A stretch of DNA of 64,000 nt from Rubellimicrobium sp. (GTDB lineage Bacteria > Pseudomonadota > Alphaproteobacteria > Rhodobacterales > Rhodobacteraceae). Under the pieces are notes generated by a model. That model did not search any database. It saw only the letters and a list, made by a program, of their open reading frames with translations, and was not told the DNA's origin. Both the position numbers and the translations under genes were made by a program. The stretch spans positions 3,778 through 67,777 of the forward strand of contig JACFNP010000008.1 of assembly GCA_019454835.1 (NCBI GenBank), written 5' to 3'. Each line of letters starts with the position of its first letter. Positions within the stretch are counted from its first letter, which is position 1. Below, in pieces: positions 29,371 through 41,054 of this stretch.

Positions 29371-30954
29371 TCAGTCCTTGGTCACGCCGCCATAGCGGTC
29401 GTCCGAGAAGGTGAGGCCCAGCACCAGCCCCTGCACGTCGGCGCGGGTCGCCACGCGGCGGACCTCCTGGAACATGTAGAGGAAGGGCGAGGTGTCGGTA
29501 TGCACCCGCTGGATGTCCTCGTACATCTGGCGGCGGGTGTCGGTGTCCTGCTCGCGCACCGCCTCCATGGCCAGCGGCGACAGCGGCCCGGCGTCCCAGC
29601 CGAAGCGGTCGGCAAGGCTGTCCGAACCGTCCGGCGCATCCTGGCGGTTCACGCTGAACGCCTTGGCGTTGGAATGGGGATCGGGGTAGTCCGGCCCCCA
29701 GAGACCCATCCAGACATCGAGCGTGTGGTTGCGGTAGCGGTCGAGCCACTGCCCGCCGTCCACGACCTCGAGGTTCAGCGTCACGCCCGCCTCGGCCATG
29801 GTGGCCTGGATGGCCTGGGCGAAATCGGTATAGGGCGGGACGTTCCAGACCACGGTATCCAGCGTGAACGGGCCGACGCCCGCCTCGTCGAGCAGTTGCC
29901 GGGCGCGCTCGACATCCAGCGAATAGGGCGTGTAGTCCAGCGCCCCGAGGAACCCGTCGGGCACCAGCGTCTGGTGCACGGCCAGCGTGCCGCGACCGAT
30001 GTTGTCGGCGATGCCCTCGTAGTCGACCAGATATTTCAGCGCCTCGACCACCTCGGGATGCGCGAGGTTCTCGTTACGCACGTTCAGGCCCATGTAGTAG
30101 ATCGTCGCCGAGCGCCCTTCGAGGATCGCGATATCCTCGTTGTTCTCGATGGCGTCGAAATCATCGGGGCCGAGCTTGTTGGCGATGTCGATGTCGCCCC
30201 GCTCCAGCGCCAGCCGCTGGGTGGCGCTTTCGGGCATCTGCTGGATGAACAGCCGCTCGACGCCCGGCGCCTCGCCCCAGTAGTTGTCGTTGCGGGTCAG
30301 CAGGATCGACTGCTTGGGGTCCCAGCGGGTCAGGACATAGGGGCCGGACCCGGCCGAGTTGTCCTGCTTCAGCCAGGCGTTGCCGAAGTCGCCGTCGACC
30401 TCGTGTTCCTGCACCAGCTTGCTGTCGACGATCCCCGCCGCATACGAGGACAGGCAGTAGAGCAGGAAGCTCGGCGCGTAGGTGTCGCCGGCGGTGATGA
30501 CCAGCGTGTTGGCATCGGTCGCCCGGATCGCCTCTTCGACATTGTCGGTGTCGATGCCGAACTGGGTGATGATGAAGGCCGTCCGCGACCCCATCTGCAC
30601 CACGCGGCGCAGCGAATATTCGGCGTCGTAGGCCGTGACCGGATTGCCGCTGGCAAAGACCGCGTTCGGGTTCATGGTGAAGGTCAGCGTGCGGCCATCC
30701 TCCGAGACGGTCCAGCTTTCGGCCAGGACGCCGACGATGTCGGACGGGTCTTCGGGGTTGAAGTTGACCAGCGGCTGGTAGATCTGCTGCGAGACCAGCA
30801 CGCCCGCGACCTCGCCCACCTCACCGGGGTCGAGGGTGATGATGTCGTCGATGGCATCGGCGATCACCAGCGTGTTCGACGGCGTCTCGGCCAGCGCCGG
30901 CACGGCTGCCGTGAGTGCCAGGGCCGAGACGGCAAGGGCTTTGAGGAAGGACAT
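29371..30954 (-). CDS. family-5 (peptide/opine/nickel) ABC substrate-binding protein
   Basis: 527 aa with signal peptide MSFLKALAVSALALTAAVPALA. Confidence 0.85.
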   Translation of the reverse strand: MSFLKALAVSALALTAAVPALAETPSNTLVIADAIDDIITLDPGEVGEVAGVLVSQQIYQPLVNFNPEDPSDIVGVLAESWTVSEDGRTLTFTMNPNAVFASGNPVTAYDAEYSLRRVVQMGSRTAFIITQFGIDTDNVEEAIRATDANTLVITAGDTYAPSFLLYCLSSYAAGIVDSKLVQEHEVDGDFGNAWLKQDNSAGSGPYVLTRWDPKQSILLTRNDNYWGEAPGVERLFIQQMPESATQRLALERGDIDIANKLGPDDFDAIENNEDIAILEGRSATIYYMGLNVRNENLAHPEVVEALKYLVDYEGIADNIGRGTLAVHQTLVPDGFLGALDYTPYSLDVERARQLLDEAGVGPFTLDTVVWNVPPYTDFAQAIQATMAEAGVTLNLEVVDGGQWLDRYRNHTLDVWMGLWGPDYPDPHSNAKAFSVNRQDAPDGSDSLADRFGWDAGPLSPLAMEAVREQDTDTRRQMYEDIQRVHTDTSPFLYMFQEVRRVATRADVQGLVLGLTFSDDRYGGVTKD

Positions 30955-31039
30955 CGGTTGCTCCCGGTTGGTGGCCTGCGCAGGCAGGGCGCGACGACCC
31001 GCCGCCAGCCCCGCCCCGCGTCAGCGGTGGATCGGTGCG

Positions 31040-31067
31040 ACACTAAAGCGCGAGTGTTCGTTGTCAA
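31040..31067 (-). promoter_or_regulatory. candidate sigma70-type promoter of the dpp-like operon
   Basis: Minus strand reads TTGACA-N16-TAGTGT. It overlaps the inverted repeat ACACT-N8-AGTGT. Confidence 0.35.
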
Positions 31068-31111
31068 CGCGCTATCCGGGGACTGTCAGGGGGAGCGGGC
31101 GGCATATTTTC

Positions 31112-31197
31112 GTCATTGCGAGGCGCAGCCGAAGCAACCTCGACCGCTCACACACAGCATCGGGGTTGCTTCGTCGGCTGCAGCTCCTCGCAATGAC
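31112..31197 (+). repeat. element copy 9 (A loop, F)
   Basis: Full termini; loop CGACCGCTCACACACAGCATCG. Confidence 0.9.
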
Positions 31198-31214
31198 GGT
31201 GCTCATATCCCTCC

Positions 31215-31304
31215 GTCATTGCGAGGAGCCGCAGGCGACGCGGCAATCCACAAGGCCGGGCGTTGCACCCGGCATGGGTTGCTTCGGCTTCGCCTCGCAA
31301 CGAC
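31215..31304 (-). repeat. element copy 10 (B loop, R-type arms)
   Basis: CAATCCACAAGGCCGGGCGTTGCACCCGGCATGGGTTG loop; right terminus CTCGCAACGAC. Confidence 0.9.
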
Positions 31305-31343
31305 GGGGTTCACACCGCCGCGCGATTTACCACGATACACGTC

Positions 31344-31574
31344 ATGCTTGCATTTGAACGGCAACATCCTACATTCGACCACGGCAATGCCAACCGGAGC
31401 AGGTCCATGCTGGCCGAGGCTGCAAGAAAAATCCACGACCGCGTCGCACAGGCCGAACGGGAACAGCTCGACTCCCTGCGCGCCGCGATTCAGGCCGGGC
31501 TGGACAGCGGCCCCGGTCGCCCCGCCGACGAGGTGTTTGCCGAACTGCGCGCGCGATTCTCTGACAAGGCGTGA
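31344..31574 (+). CDS. parD: ParD-family type II antitoxin (N-terminus atypical, possibly decayed)
   Basis: C-terminal half EQLDSLRAAIQAGLDSGPGRPADEVFAELRARF matches the ParD/COG3609 pattern. Lower-GC patch; the upstream part of the track ORF lies inside a repeat. Confidence 0.5.
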   Translation: MLAFERQHPTFDHGNANRSRSMLAEAARKIHDRVAQAEREQLDSLRAAIQAGLDSGPGRPADEVFAELRARFSDKA

Positions 31575-31575
31575 C

Positions 31576-31724
31576 ATGCCGCGACTGGTCGTCCTGCACG
31601 GTGCAGAGGCAGACCTCGTCGAAATCGGCATCTACATCGCCCGCGACAACCCAACACGCGCATCGTCCTTCATCGACGAGATCGAGGCGCGGATGGCCGA
31701 AATCGCGCGCCGCCCGCACCCCCC
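31576..31724 (+). pseudogene. parE: ParE/RelE-family toxin, N-terminal ~50 codons only, truncated by repeat copy at 31725
   Basis: MPRLVVLHGAEADLVEIGIYIARDNPTRASSFIDEIEARMAEIARRPH then runs straight into GTCATTGCGAGG. Starts 1 nt after the parD stop. Confidence 0.5.
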
Positions 31725-31810
31725 GTCATTGCGAGGCGAAGCCGAAGCAACCCCGACCGCTCACACACGACATCGGGGTTGCGTCGTCGCCTGCGGCTCC
31801 TCGCAATGAC
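31725..31810 (+). repeat. element copy 11 (A loop, F), truncating parE
   Basis: Full termini directly abutting the parE reading frame. Confidence 0.9.
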
Positions 31811-31870
31811 GGGGGGTCCGGGGGGCAGTGCCTTGGCCCGCGCAGCCGCAGGTCGCCCGGTTGTCCCGGC

Positions 31871-31925
31871 TAGAGCGGGTCGCGTTTTCACGGATTCGGC
31901 GGACCCGCTCTAACACTTTGTTTTT
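31871..31925 (+). terminator. hairpin (11-bp stem, 20-nt loop) followed by TTTGTTTTT
   Basis: TAGAGCGGGTC...GACCCGCTCTA, then ACAC TTTGTTTTT. Confidence 0.4.
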
Positions 31926-31942
31926 GCGCATTGTCGCGGGCG
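31917..31942 (-). other. conserved 26-nt motif, copy A
   Basis: Minus strand reads CGCCCGCGACAATGCGCAAAAACAAA, 25/26 identical to 60322-60347. Confidence 0.8.
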
Positions 31943-31961
31943 TCAAATGTTACCATTTGAC
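31942..31961. other. perfect AT-rich 20-bp palindrome GTCAAATG-TTAC-CATTTGAC
   Basis: 8-bp perfect arms, 12 nt downstream of the epimerase stop; overlaps the end of motif copy A. Confidence 0.6.
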
Positions 31962-31972
31962 TGCGAAATGCT

Positions 31973-32929
31973 CTATCCTGCCACCACGGCCGCAAGGGTC
32001 CGGGCAAGGGCCTCGTCGGGGGTCAGAGCCTCGGCATAGCCCAGTTCGCGGCGGATGCGGGTCGAATCGAGGGTCAGCGGATAGCGCAGGTCCATCGCCT
32101 CGGCGCGGCCTGCCTGCAGGCCGTTCGCATCCGGCGCAACCTCGGTCACGGCGGCGTCGGACCCCAGATGGCGCAGGATCGCCTGCAACCACCAGCGCTG
32201 CGGGTGCTGGTCGGGCAAGGCGACGTTGTAGGTCCGTCCCTCGGCCCCCGGATGCAGCGCCAGAAGGGCAAGCGCGGCGGCGACATCGTCGACGAAGGCA
32301 TACGAGTTCAGCCAGCCCGCCGCCCGCGCATCGAGCGCGACAGGCCCGCCCGCCCGCGCGGCCTCGATAGCCCAGCCGAAGCGGTTCTGCGGATCGCCGG
32401 GGCCGAAGATCATCGGCGGGCGCAGGATCGCATGGGGCAGCCGGGTATCGGCGCGCAGGGCCTCTTCCACCGGCAGCTTGTCGTAATCGTCGAACAGGTC
32501 GGCGCCGACGCCCTGCGGCCGGTTCGGATTGCCGCGATAGGGGTAGCGCATCACGCGCAGGGGCGACTCCTCGGTCGCGGGGGCGTGCCGCACCGGGGGC
32601 GTGCCCTTGCGCAGCAGCCCCTCGTAATTGGCATAGACATCGGTTGAGCTGACGAGGACATATCTTGCCCCCTGATGCGCTGCCGCCTCGATCACCGGCG
32701 CGGCGTTGCGCAGGCCCAGCGCGTAGATGTCCACCACCGCCGTCACCCGGCGGGCGCGGAAGATGGCGCGCAGGGCGTCGGTGTCCATGCGGTCGGCACG
32801 CGCGAAGGGCACGCCTGCGGGCGTGGTGACGCCCCGCGCGATGGCGACGGCGGGCACCTGCATCCCGGCCAGATGCCGCATGACGGCACGGCCCAGAAAG
32901 CCGGTGCCCGAGACGACGGCGACGCTCAT
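31973..32929 (-). CDS. NAD-dependent epimerase/dehydratase (SDR) family protein
   Basis: 318 aa with N-terminal Rossmann motif VVSGTGFLG. Confidence 0.75.
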   Translation of the reverse strand: MSVAVVSGTGFLGRAVMRHLAGMQVPAVAIARGVTTPAGVPFARADRMDTDALRAIFRARRVTAVVDIYALGLRNAAPVIEAAAHQGARYVLVSSTDVYANYEGLLRKGTPPVRHAPATEESPLRVMRYPYRGNPNRPQGVGADLFDDYDKLPVEEALRADTRLPHAILRPPMIFGPGDPQNRFGWAIEAARAGGPVALDARAAGWLNSYAFVDDVAAALALLALHPGAEGRTYNVALPDQHPQRWWLQAILRHLGSDAAVTEVAPDANGLQAGRAEAMDLRYPLTLDSTRIRRELGYAEALTPDEALARTLAAVVAG

Positions 32930-34698
32930 GCCGTGACCCCCTCCAGCCAGGTGCGGGCGGCATCACCCAGATGGGGCGCCAGCCGTGCGGCGACCTCGCG
33001 GTTGTATGCGACCAGCCAGGCGCGTTCGGCATCGGAGAGCCGCTCGGCGATCAGCATGTCGGTCTGGATCGGCGCCCAGGTCAGGTTACGGAATTCCATG
33101 AAACCGTCCTCGCAGGCGACGATCTCGAACAGGTTCTCGATGCGGATGCCGAAACGGTCGGCCTCGTAACAGCCCGGCTCGATGGACATGACCATGCCGG
33201 GCTTCAGGTCCACCGGGTTGACGGGTCTGCCGATGCGCTGCGGGTGTTCGTGCACCGACAGCCGGTGGCCGATGCCGTGGCCGGTGCCGTGGTCGTAGTC
33301 GAGACCCAGATCCCACAGCGGCCTGCGGCAGATCGCGTCGATATGGTGCCCCTGCGTGCCGGGCGGAAAGCGCAGGGTGGCCAGCGCGTGGAACGCCTTG
33401 AAAACGGCGGTATAGGCCCGGTCATAGCCCGGCGGGCGCTTGCCGAAGCTGTAGCTGCGGGTGGCGTCGGTGGTCCCGGTTTCATACTGGCCGCCGCTGT
33501 CGAGCAGATAGGGGTTCTCGGGCAGGATGGCGGCATTGCGGCCGGGCGCGGTGGCGTAATGGCACATCGAGGCATTGCCTGCGGCCGCCGAGATCGAATT
33601 GAAGCTCTCGCTCAGGAAACCGGGCCGGGCGCGGCGCAGGTGCAGGACGTGGTCCTCGGCCTCGCGCTCGGTCAGCGGATCACCGGCGGCGGCGCGGGCG
33701 GGCACCTCGCGGGCCAGCCAGGCGGCGAATTCGGTCAGCGCGATGCCGTCCTGCAGATGGCAGGCGCGCAGCCCCTCCAGTTCCACGGGGTTCTTCACCG
33801 CCTTGGTCAGGGTGATCCAGCCCGGTGCTGCGACCGGCACCGCCCCGGCGGCAAGGATCGCCCGGCGCACCGCGACCGGCGAGAAGGCCGGGTCGAACAG
33901 CACCCGCCGCCCTGCGGCCAGAAAGCCGTCAGGGGCGGAAAGAAAGGCCGATGGCGGCTGCATCCCGACCCCTTCGGGCGCCACACCGGCATCCACCTTG
34001 GCGGGATCAACATACCAGACGACCCGGCCCTGCCGGTCGGCCATCAGGAACGAGTGCGGCATCGGGTTGAAGGCCACGTCGCTGCCGCGCAGGTTGAGGA
34101 ACCAGGCGATGTTGTCGGGCTGGGTCTCGACCAGCACATCGGCGCCCGTGGCCTGCAGATGCGCGACCAGCGCCGCGCGCTTTGCGGCATGGCCCTGCCC
34201 GGCAAGCTGCTCGGGAAAGCGCGTCACGGCGCCTGCGGGCGGTGGCGGCTGGTCGGGCCAGACCGCATCGACCGGATTGCCGTCGACCGCCACCAGCTCG
34301 GCCCCGGCGGCGGTGCATGCCGCCTCGAAACGGTCGAACCACAACGGCGGCAGGTGCCAGGGGTCGCAGCCGACGCGCCAGCCCGACCGCGCCGCGCCGC
34401 GCAGCCAGCCATCGGGCGGGGTGGCGGTCAGGCTGTGATGCGAGAACAGCGCGCCCGCACATTCATGCGCCGCCTGCACCGTGTAGCGCCCGTCCACGAA
34501 CAGCGCCACGTCATCCGCCGTCACGATAGCCATGCCCGCCGACCCCGAAAACCCGGTGACATGACGCAGCCGTTCGTCATGGGGCGCAATGTATTCGCCC
34601 TGATGCGCGTCGTAGCGCGGCAGGATGAAGGCGTTCAGGCCGCGCCGGGCAAGCTCGGCGCGCAGGATGGCAACGCGGACGGGGGCGGTCGCTGGCAT
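32926..34698 (-). CDS. pepP: Xaa-Pro aminopeptidase (M24B, aminopeptidase P family)
   Basis: 590 aa with metal-ligand motifs DYDHGTGHGIG and SIEPG. Confidence 0.85.
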   Translation of the reverse strand: MPATAPVRVAILRAELARRGLNAFILPRYDAHQGEYIAPHDERLRHVTGFSGSAGMAIVTADDVALFVDGRYTVQAAHECAGALFSHHSLTATPPDGWLRGAARSGWRVGCDPWHLPPLWFDRFEAACTAAGAELVAVDGNPVDAVWPDQPPPPAGAVTRFPEQLAGQGHAAKRAALVAHLQATGADVLVETQPDNIAWFLNLRGSDVAFNPMPHSFLMADRQGRVVWYVDPAKVDAGVAPEGVGMQPPSAFLSAPDGFLAAGRRVLFDPAFSPVAVRRAILAAGAVPVAAPGWITLTKAVKNPVELEGLRACHLQDGIALTEFAAWLAREVPARAAAGDPLTEREAEDHVLHLRRARPGFLSESFNSISAAAGNASMCHYATAPGRNAAILPENPYLLDSGGQYETGTTDATRSYSFGKRPPGYDRAYTAVFKAFHALATLRFPPGTQGHHIDAICRRPLWDLGLDYDHGTGHGIGHRLSVHEHPQRIGRPVNPVDLKPGMVMSIEPGCYEADRFGIRIENLFEIVACEDGFMEFRNLTWAPIQTDMLIAERLSDAERAWLVAYNREVAARLAPHLGDAARTWLEGVTA

Positions 34699-34777
34699 GG
34701 CTGGGGTCCATCATGGTCACGGGGGCCTCATGCCGCCGACGCGCCCGCTCCGCAAGGCGCCGCCGCCCGCAGATTCC

Positions 34778-34797
34778 GTCATGGCGAGGCGCAAGCC
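34778..34797 (+). repeat. solo left-terminus fragment
   Basis: GTCATGGCGAGGCGCAAGCC with no matching right half. Confidence 0.6.
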
Positions 34798-34810
34798 ACC
34801 CCCAAACCCC

Positions 34811-34897
34811 GTCATTGCGAGCCGCAAGGCGAAGCAACCCCGACCGCTCACACACGACATCGGGGTTGCTTCGTCGGCTGCGCCTTCTCGCAATGAC
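34811..34897 (+). repeat. element copy 12 (A loop, F)
   Basis: Full termini. Confidence 0.9.
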
Positions 34898-34907
34898 TGG
34901 GGGATTC

Positions 34908-34995
34908 GTCATTGCGAACGAAGTGAAGCAATCCATGCCGGGCGCAGCGCCCGGCCCTGTGGATTGCCGCGTCGCCTTCGGCTCCTCGCAATGAC
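34908..34995 (+). repeat. element copy 13 (B loop, F-type arms)
   Basis: Its reverse complement aligns with copies 6 and 10. Confidence 0.9.
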
Positions 34996-35008
34996 GAGAT
35001 GAGCAACC

Positions 35009-35095
35009 GTCATTGCGAGCCGCAAGGCGAAGCAACCCCGACCGCTCACACACGACATCGGGGTTGCTTCGTCGGCTGCGCCTCCTCGCAATGAC
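35009..35095 (+). repeat. element copy 14 (A loop, F)
   Basis: Near-identical to copy 12. Confidence 0.9.
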
Positions 35096-35129
35096 GAAAT
35101 CCCGTCACACCGCCGCCCCGACCCGGCGT

Positions 35130-37265
35130 TCAGTTGCCCCGCTCGCCCCGGATCAGGCGCAGCACCTCGCGGGCGGCTTCGGGGATGTTGGTGCCGGGGC
35201 CGAAGATGGCCCGCACCCCGGCGCGGCGCAGGAAATCGTGGTCCTGTTCGGGGATCACCCCGCCGCAGACGACGAGGATGTTCCCCGCGCCGCGTGCCTT
35301 CAGCGCCGCGATCAGTTGCGGCGCCAGCGTCTTGTGTCCGGCGGCCAGCGTCGAGACGCCGATCACGTCCGCGCCCTGCGCGATGGCGGCGGCGGCGACC
35401 TCGTCGGGCATCTGGAACAAAGGCTCGCTGTCCACGGCAAAGCCCATGTCGGTGAAGGCGGTGGCGATCACCCGCGCGCCGCGATCATGGCCGTCCTGGC
35501 CCATCTTGGCGACCAGCAGGCGCGGCGGGCGGCCTTCGGCGGCGGCGAAGGCCGCGACCTCGGCCCGAAGGGCGGCAAATTCGGGATCGTCGCCCCATTC
35601 GGCGCCGTAAACCCCGACCAGCGTGCGCACTTCGGCGCTGTGGCGACCGAAGGCATCCTCCATGGCCTGCGTGATCTCGCCCACCGTCGCGCGCGCCCGC
35701 GCCGCCGCGACCGCCAGTTCCAGAAGGTTGCCCTGCCCCAAACGCGCGCCATCGGCCAGCGCCGCCAGCGTCGCCGCACAGGCCGCGCCGTCGCGCTGGC
35801 GGCGCAGGGTGGCCAGCCTTTCCACCTGCGCACGGCGCACGGCGGCATTGTCGATCTCGCGCAGATCGACGGGGTCGTCACGGTCGGGGCGGAAACGGGT
35901 CACGCCGACGATGACCGTCTCGCCCCGGTCGATGGCGGCCTGCCTGCGCGCGGCGGCCTCTTCGATGCGCAGCTTGGGCATCCCCGAGATGACCGCCCGC
36001 GTCATGCCGCCCAGGGCCTCGACCTCGTCGATCAGCGCCTGCGCCTCTTCGATCAGGGCGCCGGTCAGGGATTCGACGTAGTAGCTGCCCGCCAGCGGGT
36101 CGGCCACGCGGGTCACGCCGGTCTCGTGCTGGAGGATCAGTTGCGTGTTGCGGGCGATGCGGGCGGAAAATTCGGTGGGCAGCGCCAGCGCCTCGTCGAA
36201 GGAATTGGTGTGCAGCGACTGGGTACCGCCCAGCACCGCCGCAAGCGCCTCGTAGGCGGTGCGCACGATGTTGTTCCACGGGTCCTGCGCCTGCAGGCTG
36301 ACCCCCGAGGTCTGGCAATGGGTGCGCAGCATCAGGCTGCGCGGGTCTTTCGCGCCGAAGCCCGCCATGATCCGGTGCCACAGGAAACGCGCGGCGCGCA
36401 GCTTGGCGGCCTCCATGAAGAAATCCTGCCCGATGGCGAAGAAGAACGACAGCCGCCCGGCGAAATCATCGACATTCATGCCGCGCGCCAGCGCCGCCTG
36501 AACGTATTCGCGGCCGTCGGCCAGGGTGAAGGCCAGTTCCTGCACCAGCGTCGCCCCGGCCTCGTGCATGTGGTAGCCGGAAATCGAGACCGAGTTGAAC
36601 TTCGGCATCTCGCGCGCGGTGAAGTCGATGATGTCGGCCACGATCCGCATCGAGGGTTCGGGCGGGAAGATATAGGTGTTGCGGACCATGAACTCCTTGA
36701 GGATGTCGTTCTGGATCGTCCCGGACAGTGCGGCGCGCGCGACGCCCTGCTCCTCGCCCGCGACGATGAAGGCGGCCAGCACCGGGATCACCGCGCCGTT
36801 CATGGTCATCGAGACCGACACCCGGTCCAGCGGGATGCCGTCGAACAGGGTCTTCATGTCCTCGACGGAATCGATGGCCACGCCCGCCTTGCCGACATCG
36901 CCCTCGACGCGGGGGTGGTCGCTGTCATAGCCGCGATGGGTGGCCAGATCGAAGGCGACCGACACGCCCTGCTGCCCCGCCGCCAGCGCCTGCCGGTAGA
37001 AGGCATTGCTTTCCCCGGCGGTGGAAAACCCTGCATACTGGCGGATGGTCCAGGGCCGCCCGGCATACATCGTCGCGCGCGGGCCGCGGGTAAAGGGCGG
37101 CAGGCCGGGCCAGCCGCCCGGATGCGGCAGCCCGTCCAGATCGGCGGGACCGTAGACCGGGCGGGTGGTGATCCCCTCGGGCGTGCGGCTCTCCAGCGCC
37201 GCCGGATCGCGGTCGCCCAGCTCGCGGCGGGCCAGGGCGCGCCAGTCGTCGATGTCGCTCATCAT
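35130..37265 (-). CDS. mcm: methylmalonyl-CoA mutase (single large subunit with B12-binding domain)
   Basis: [20 protein letters not shown] motif and C-terminal DxHxxG-type GQDGHDRG. Start is MMSDID at 37265, or the second Met at 37262. Confidence 0.9.
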   Translation of the reverse strand: MMSDIDDWRALARRELGDRDPAALESRTPEGITTRPVYGPADLDGLPHPGGWPGLPPFTRGPRATMYAGRPWTIRQYAGFSTAGESNAFYRQALAAGQQGVSVAFDLATHRGYDSDHPRVEGDVGKAGVAIDSVEDMKTLFDGIPLDRVSVSMTMNGAVIPVLAAFIVAGEEQGVARAALSGTIQNDILKEFMVRNTYIFPPEPSMRIVADIIDFTAREMPKFNSVSISGYHMHEAGATLVQELAFTLADGREYVQAALARGMNVDDFAGRLSFFFAIGQDFFMEAAKLRAARFLWHRIMAGFGAKDPRSLMLRTHCQTSGVSLQAQDPWNNIVRTAYEALAAVLGGTQSLHTNSFDEALALPTEFSARIARNTQLILQHETGVTRVADPLAGSYYVESLTGALIEEAQALIDEVEALGGMTRAVISGMPKLRIEEAAARRQAAIDRGETVIVGVTRFRPDRDDPVDLREIDNAAVRRAQVERLATLRRQRDGAACAATLAALADGARLGQGNLLELAVAAARARATVGEITQAMEDAFGRHSAEVRTLVGVYGAEWGDDPEFAALRAEVAAFAAAEGRPPRLLVAKMGQDGHDRGARVIATAFTDMGFAVDSEPLFQMPDEVAAAAIAQGADVIGVSTLAAGHKTLAPQLIAALKARGAGNILVVCGGVIPEQDHDFLRRAGVRAIFGPGTNIPEAAREVLRLIRGERGN

Positions 37266-37297
37266 ATTCTCCTGCCCATGGCGCCCGTGATGCGGGA

Positions 37298-39304
37298 TCA
37301 CTCCGCCCCGAACTCGAGGATAACCTCGTCCACCGCCAGCGTCTGCCCGAGTGTGGCCGCCAGCCGGGCAATGCGGGCCGGGCGTTCGGCGCGCAGCACG
37401 TTCTCCATCTTCATCGCCGCGACCGTGGCCAGCGCCTGCCCGGCCTCGACCCGGTCGCCCTCGGCCACATGCAGATCGACCAGCAGGCCGGGCATCGGGC
37501 ATCGAAGCTGCCGCGAGGCGTCGGGCGGCGCCTTCACCGGCATCAGCCGCGCCAGTTCCGCCTGCCGGGGCGTATATAGCCGGATCGCCAGATCGGCGCC
37601 GCGCCAGCGCAGCCGGAAGCCGCCGGTGAGCGGCTCGACCTTCACCACCAGAGGCACCCCGCCCACCACCAGCCGCGCCAGCGTCCGGCCCGGCTGCCAT
37701 TCGCCCTCGACCCGCAGGACATCACCCCCCGCGATGTGCACATCGGTGCCGTCCGGGTCGGCCTTCAGCACCAGCGGATATTCCGCCCGCCCGATGACCG
37801 CCACCCAGTCGCAGCCGACATGGCGTTCGTGATGGTCGATCCGCCCGGAAATGCGGGCGCGGCGGATTTCAGCGATCCGGTGCAGGACCGCCGCCGCCGC
37901 GACAAGCCGGTGCAGCGCGTCCCCGGCCGGATCGGTGCCGTGAAAGCCGTCGGGCCATTCTTCGGCGATGAAGGCGGTCGTCAGCCGCCCCGCGCGAAAG
38001 CGCGGATGCTCCATCAGCGCCGACAGGAACGGCAGGTTGTGGCCGATCCCCTCGATCTCGAACCCGTCAAGCGCGTCGGCCATCGCCTCGATGGCCCCGG
38101 CGCGGTCGGGCGCCCAGGTGCAGAGCTTGGCGATCATCGGATCGTAGAAACGGCTGATCTCGCCGCCCTCGAAGGCGCCGGTATCGTTGCGCACCTTCCG
38201 CCCGTCATGTGACCCTTCGGGCGGCGGGCGATAGCGCGACAGCCGCCCGGTCGAGGGCAGGAAGCCGCGCAACGGGTCTTCGGCGTAGACACGCGATTCC
38301 ATGGCCCAGCCGTCGAGGCGGATGTCGTCCTGCGCGAAGGCCAGCCTCTCGCCCGCCGCGATGCGGATCATCTGCTCGACCAGATCGAGTCCGGTGACGA
38401 GTTCGGTCACCGGATGTTCGACCTGCAAGCGGGTGTTCATCTCGAGGAAATAGAAGTTGCGCGCGTCATCGACGATGAATTCCACCGTCCCCGCGCTGGC
38501 GTAGCCCACGGCACGGGCCAGCGCCACCGCCTGCGCGCCCATCGCGCGGCGGGTGTCGTCGTCAAGAAAGGGCGACGGCGCCTCCTCGACGACCTTCTGG
38601 TTGCGGCGCTGGATCGAACATTCGCGTTCGCCCAGATGGATGCAGTTGCCGTGCATGTCGGCCAGCACCTGGATTTCGATATGGCGGGGCCGGGTGACGT
38701 ATTTCTCGATGAAGATGCGGTCGTCGCCGAAACTTGCCGCCGCCTCGCGCCCGGCGGCGGCAAAGCCCGCGCGCGCCTCGTCGTCGTTCCAGGCAATGCG
38801 CATCCCCTTGCCACCGCCGCCCGCGCTGGCCTTGAGCATGACCGGATAGCCGATCCCGGCGGCGATGCGCGCGGCCTTGTCGGCATCGGTGATCGGCCCC
38901 GTGTGGCCGGGCACGGTGGACACGCCCGCAGCGGCGGCGATCCGCTTCGAGGTGATCTTGTCGCCCATCACCCGGATGGCAGCGGCGGGCGGGCCGACGA
39001 AGGCCACGCCTTCGGCGGCCAGCGCCTCGGCGAAGGCGGGGTTTTCCGACAGGAAGCCGTAACCCGGATGCACGGCATCGGCGCCGCTTGCGCGCACCGC
39101 CGCCATGACGCGCGCGAGGTCGATGTAGCTTTCGGCGGCAGGCGAGGGGCCGACATGCAGGGCCTCGTCGGCCTCGCGCACATGCAGCGCGCGGCGGTCG
39201 GCGTCGGAATGGATCGCCACCGTGGCGATCCCCAGCCGCCGCGCGGTGCGGATGATGCGGCAGGCGATCTCGCCGCGATTGGCGATCAGGAGCTTGCGGA
39301 ACAT
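37298..39304 (-). CDS. pccA: propionyl-CoA carboxylase alpha (biotin carboxylase + BCCP) subunit
   Basis: [21 protein letters not shown]... and C-terminal biotinylation motif AMKME. Confidence 0.9.
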   Translation of the reverse strand: MFRKLLIANRGEIACRIIRTARRLGIATVAIHSDADRRALHVREADEALHVGPSPAAESYIDLARVMAAVRASGADAVHPGYGFLSENPAFAEALAAEGVAFVGPPAAAIRVMGDKITSKRIAAAAGVSTVPGHTGPITDADKAARIAAGIGYPVMLKASAGGGGKGMRIAWNDDEARAGFAAAGREAAASFGDDRIFIEKYVTRPRHIEIQVLADMHGNCIHLGERECSIQRRNQKVVEEAPSPFLDDDTRRAMGAQAVALARAVGYASAGTVEFIVDDARNFYFLEMNTRLQVEHPVTELVTGLDLVEQMIRIAAGERLAFAQDDIRLDGWAMESRVYAEDPLRGFLPSTGRLSRYRPPPEGSHDGRKVRNDTGAFEGGEISRFYDPMIAKLCTWAPDRAGAIEAMADALDGFEIEGIGHNLPFLSALMEHPRFRAGRLTTAFIAEEWPDGFHGTDPAGDALHRLVAAAAVLHRIAEIRRARISGRIDHHERHVGCDWVAVIGRAEYPLVLKADPDGTDVHIAGGDVLRVEGEWQPGRTLARLVVGGVPLVVKVEPLTGGFRLRWRGADLAIRLYTPRQAELARLMPVKAPPDASRQLRCPMPGLLVDLHVAEGDRVEAGQALATVAAMKMENVLRAERPARIARLAATLGQTLAVDEVILEFGAE

Positions 39305-39311
39305 CGGCACC

Positions 39312-40841
<1,530 letters not shown>

Positions 40842-40913
40842 GCCGCATCTCCCCTGCGCCCCGCACGATTGTGCATCATTCACCGGGCAGGCCAAGCGGG
40901 AAACCCGAAATGC

Positions 40914-41054
40914 AGGGCGAACGGGTGAACCGCATGTTCCGTCATTGCGAGGCGAAGCCGAAGCAACCCCGACCGCTTGCGCACAACATCGGGGTTGCTT
41001 CGTCGGCTGCGCCGCCTCGCAATGACGGCATATGCCGCGCGCCCGGTTGCCCTG
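40914..41054 (+). mobile_element. full-length MITE-like form of the element (core + outer inverted arms) with target-site-duplication-like flanks
   Basis: Outer arms AGGGCGAACGGGTGAACCGCATGTTCC and GGCATATGCCGCGCGCCCGGTTGCCCTG form an imperfect inverted repeat (about 19/27 by hand). They are flanked flush by the exact 11-bp direct repeat ACCCGAAATGC at 40903-40913 and 41055-41065. Confidence 0.7.
40941..41026 (+). repeat. element copy 15 core (A loop, F)
   Basis: Full termini; sits inside the longer element 40914-41054. Confidence 0.9.

Noticed and set aside
31916-31950. Reading TTGACG...AAACAA on the minus strand of the shared motif as a sigma70 promoter for a small RNA
   Set aside because: No acceptable -10 hexamer lies at 16-18 nt spacing in either copy, and the -35-like TTGACG is not conserved in copy B (TTCAGC).
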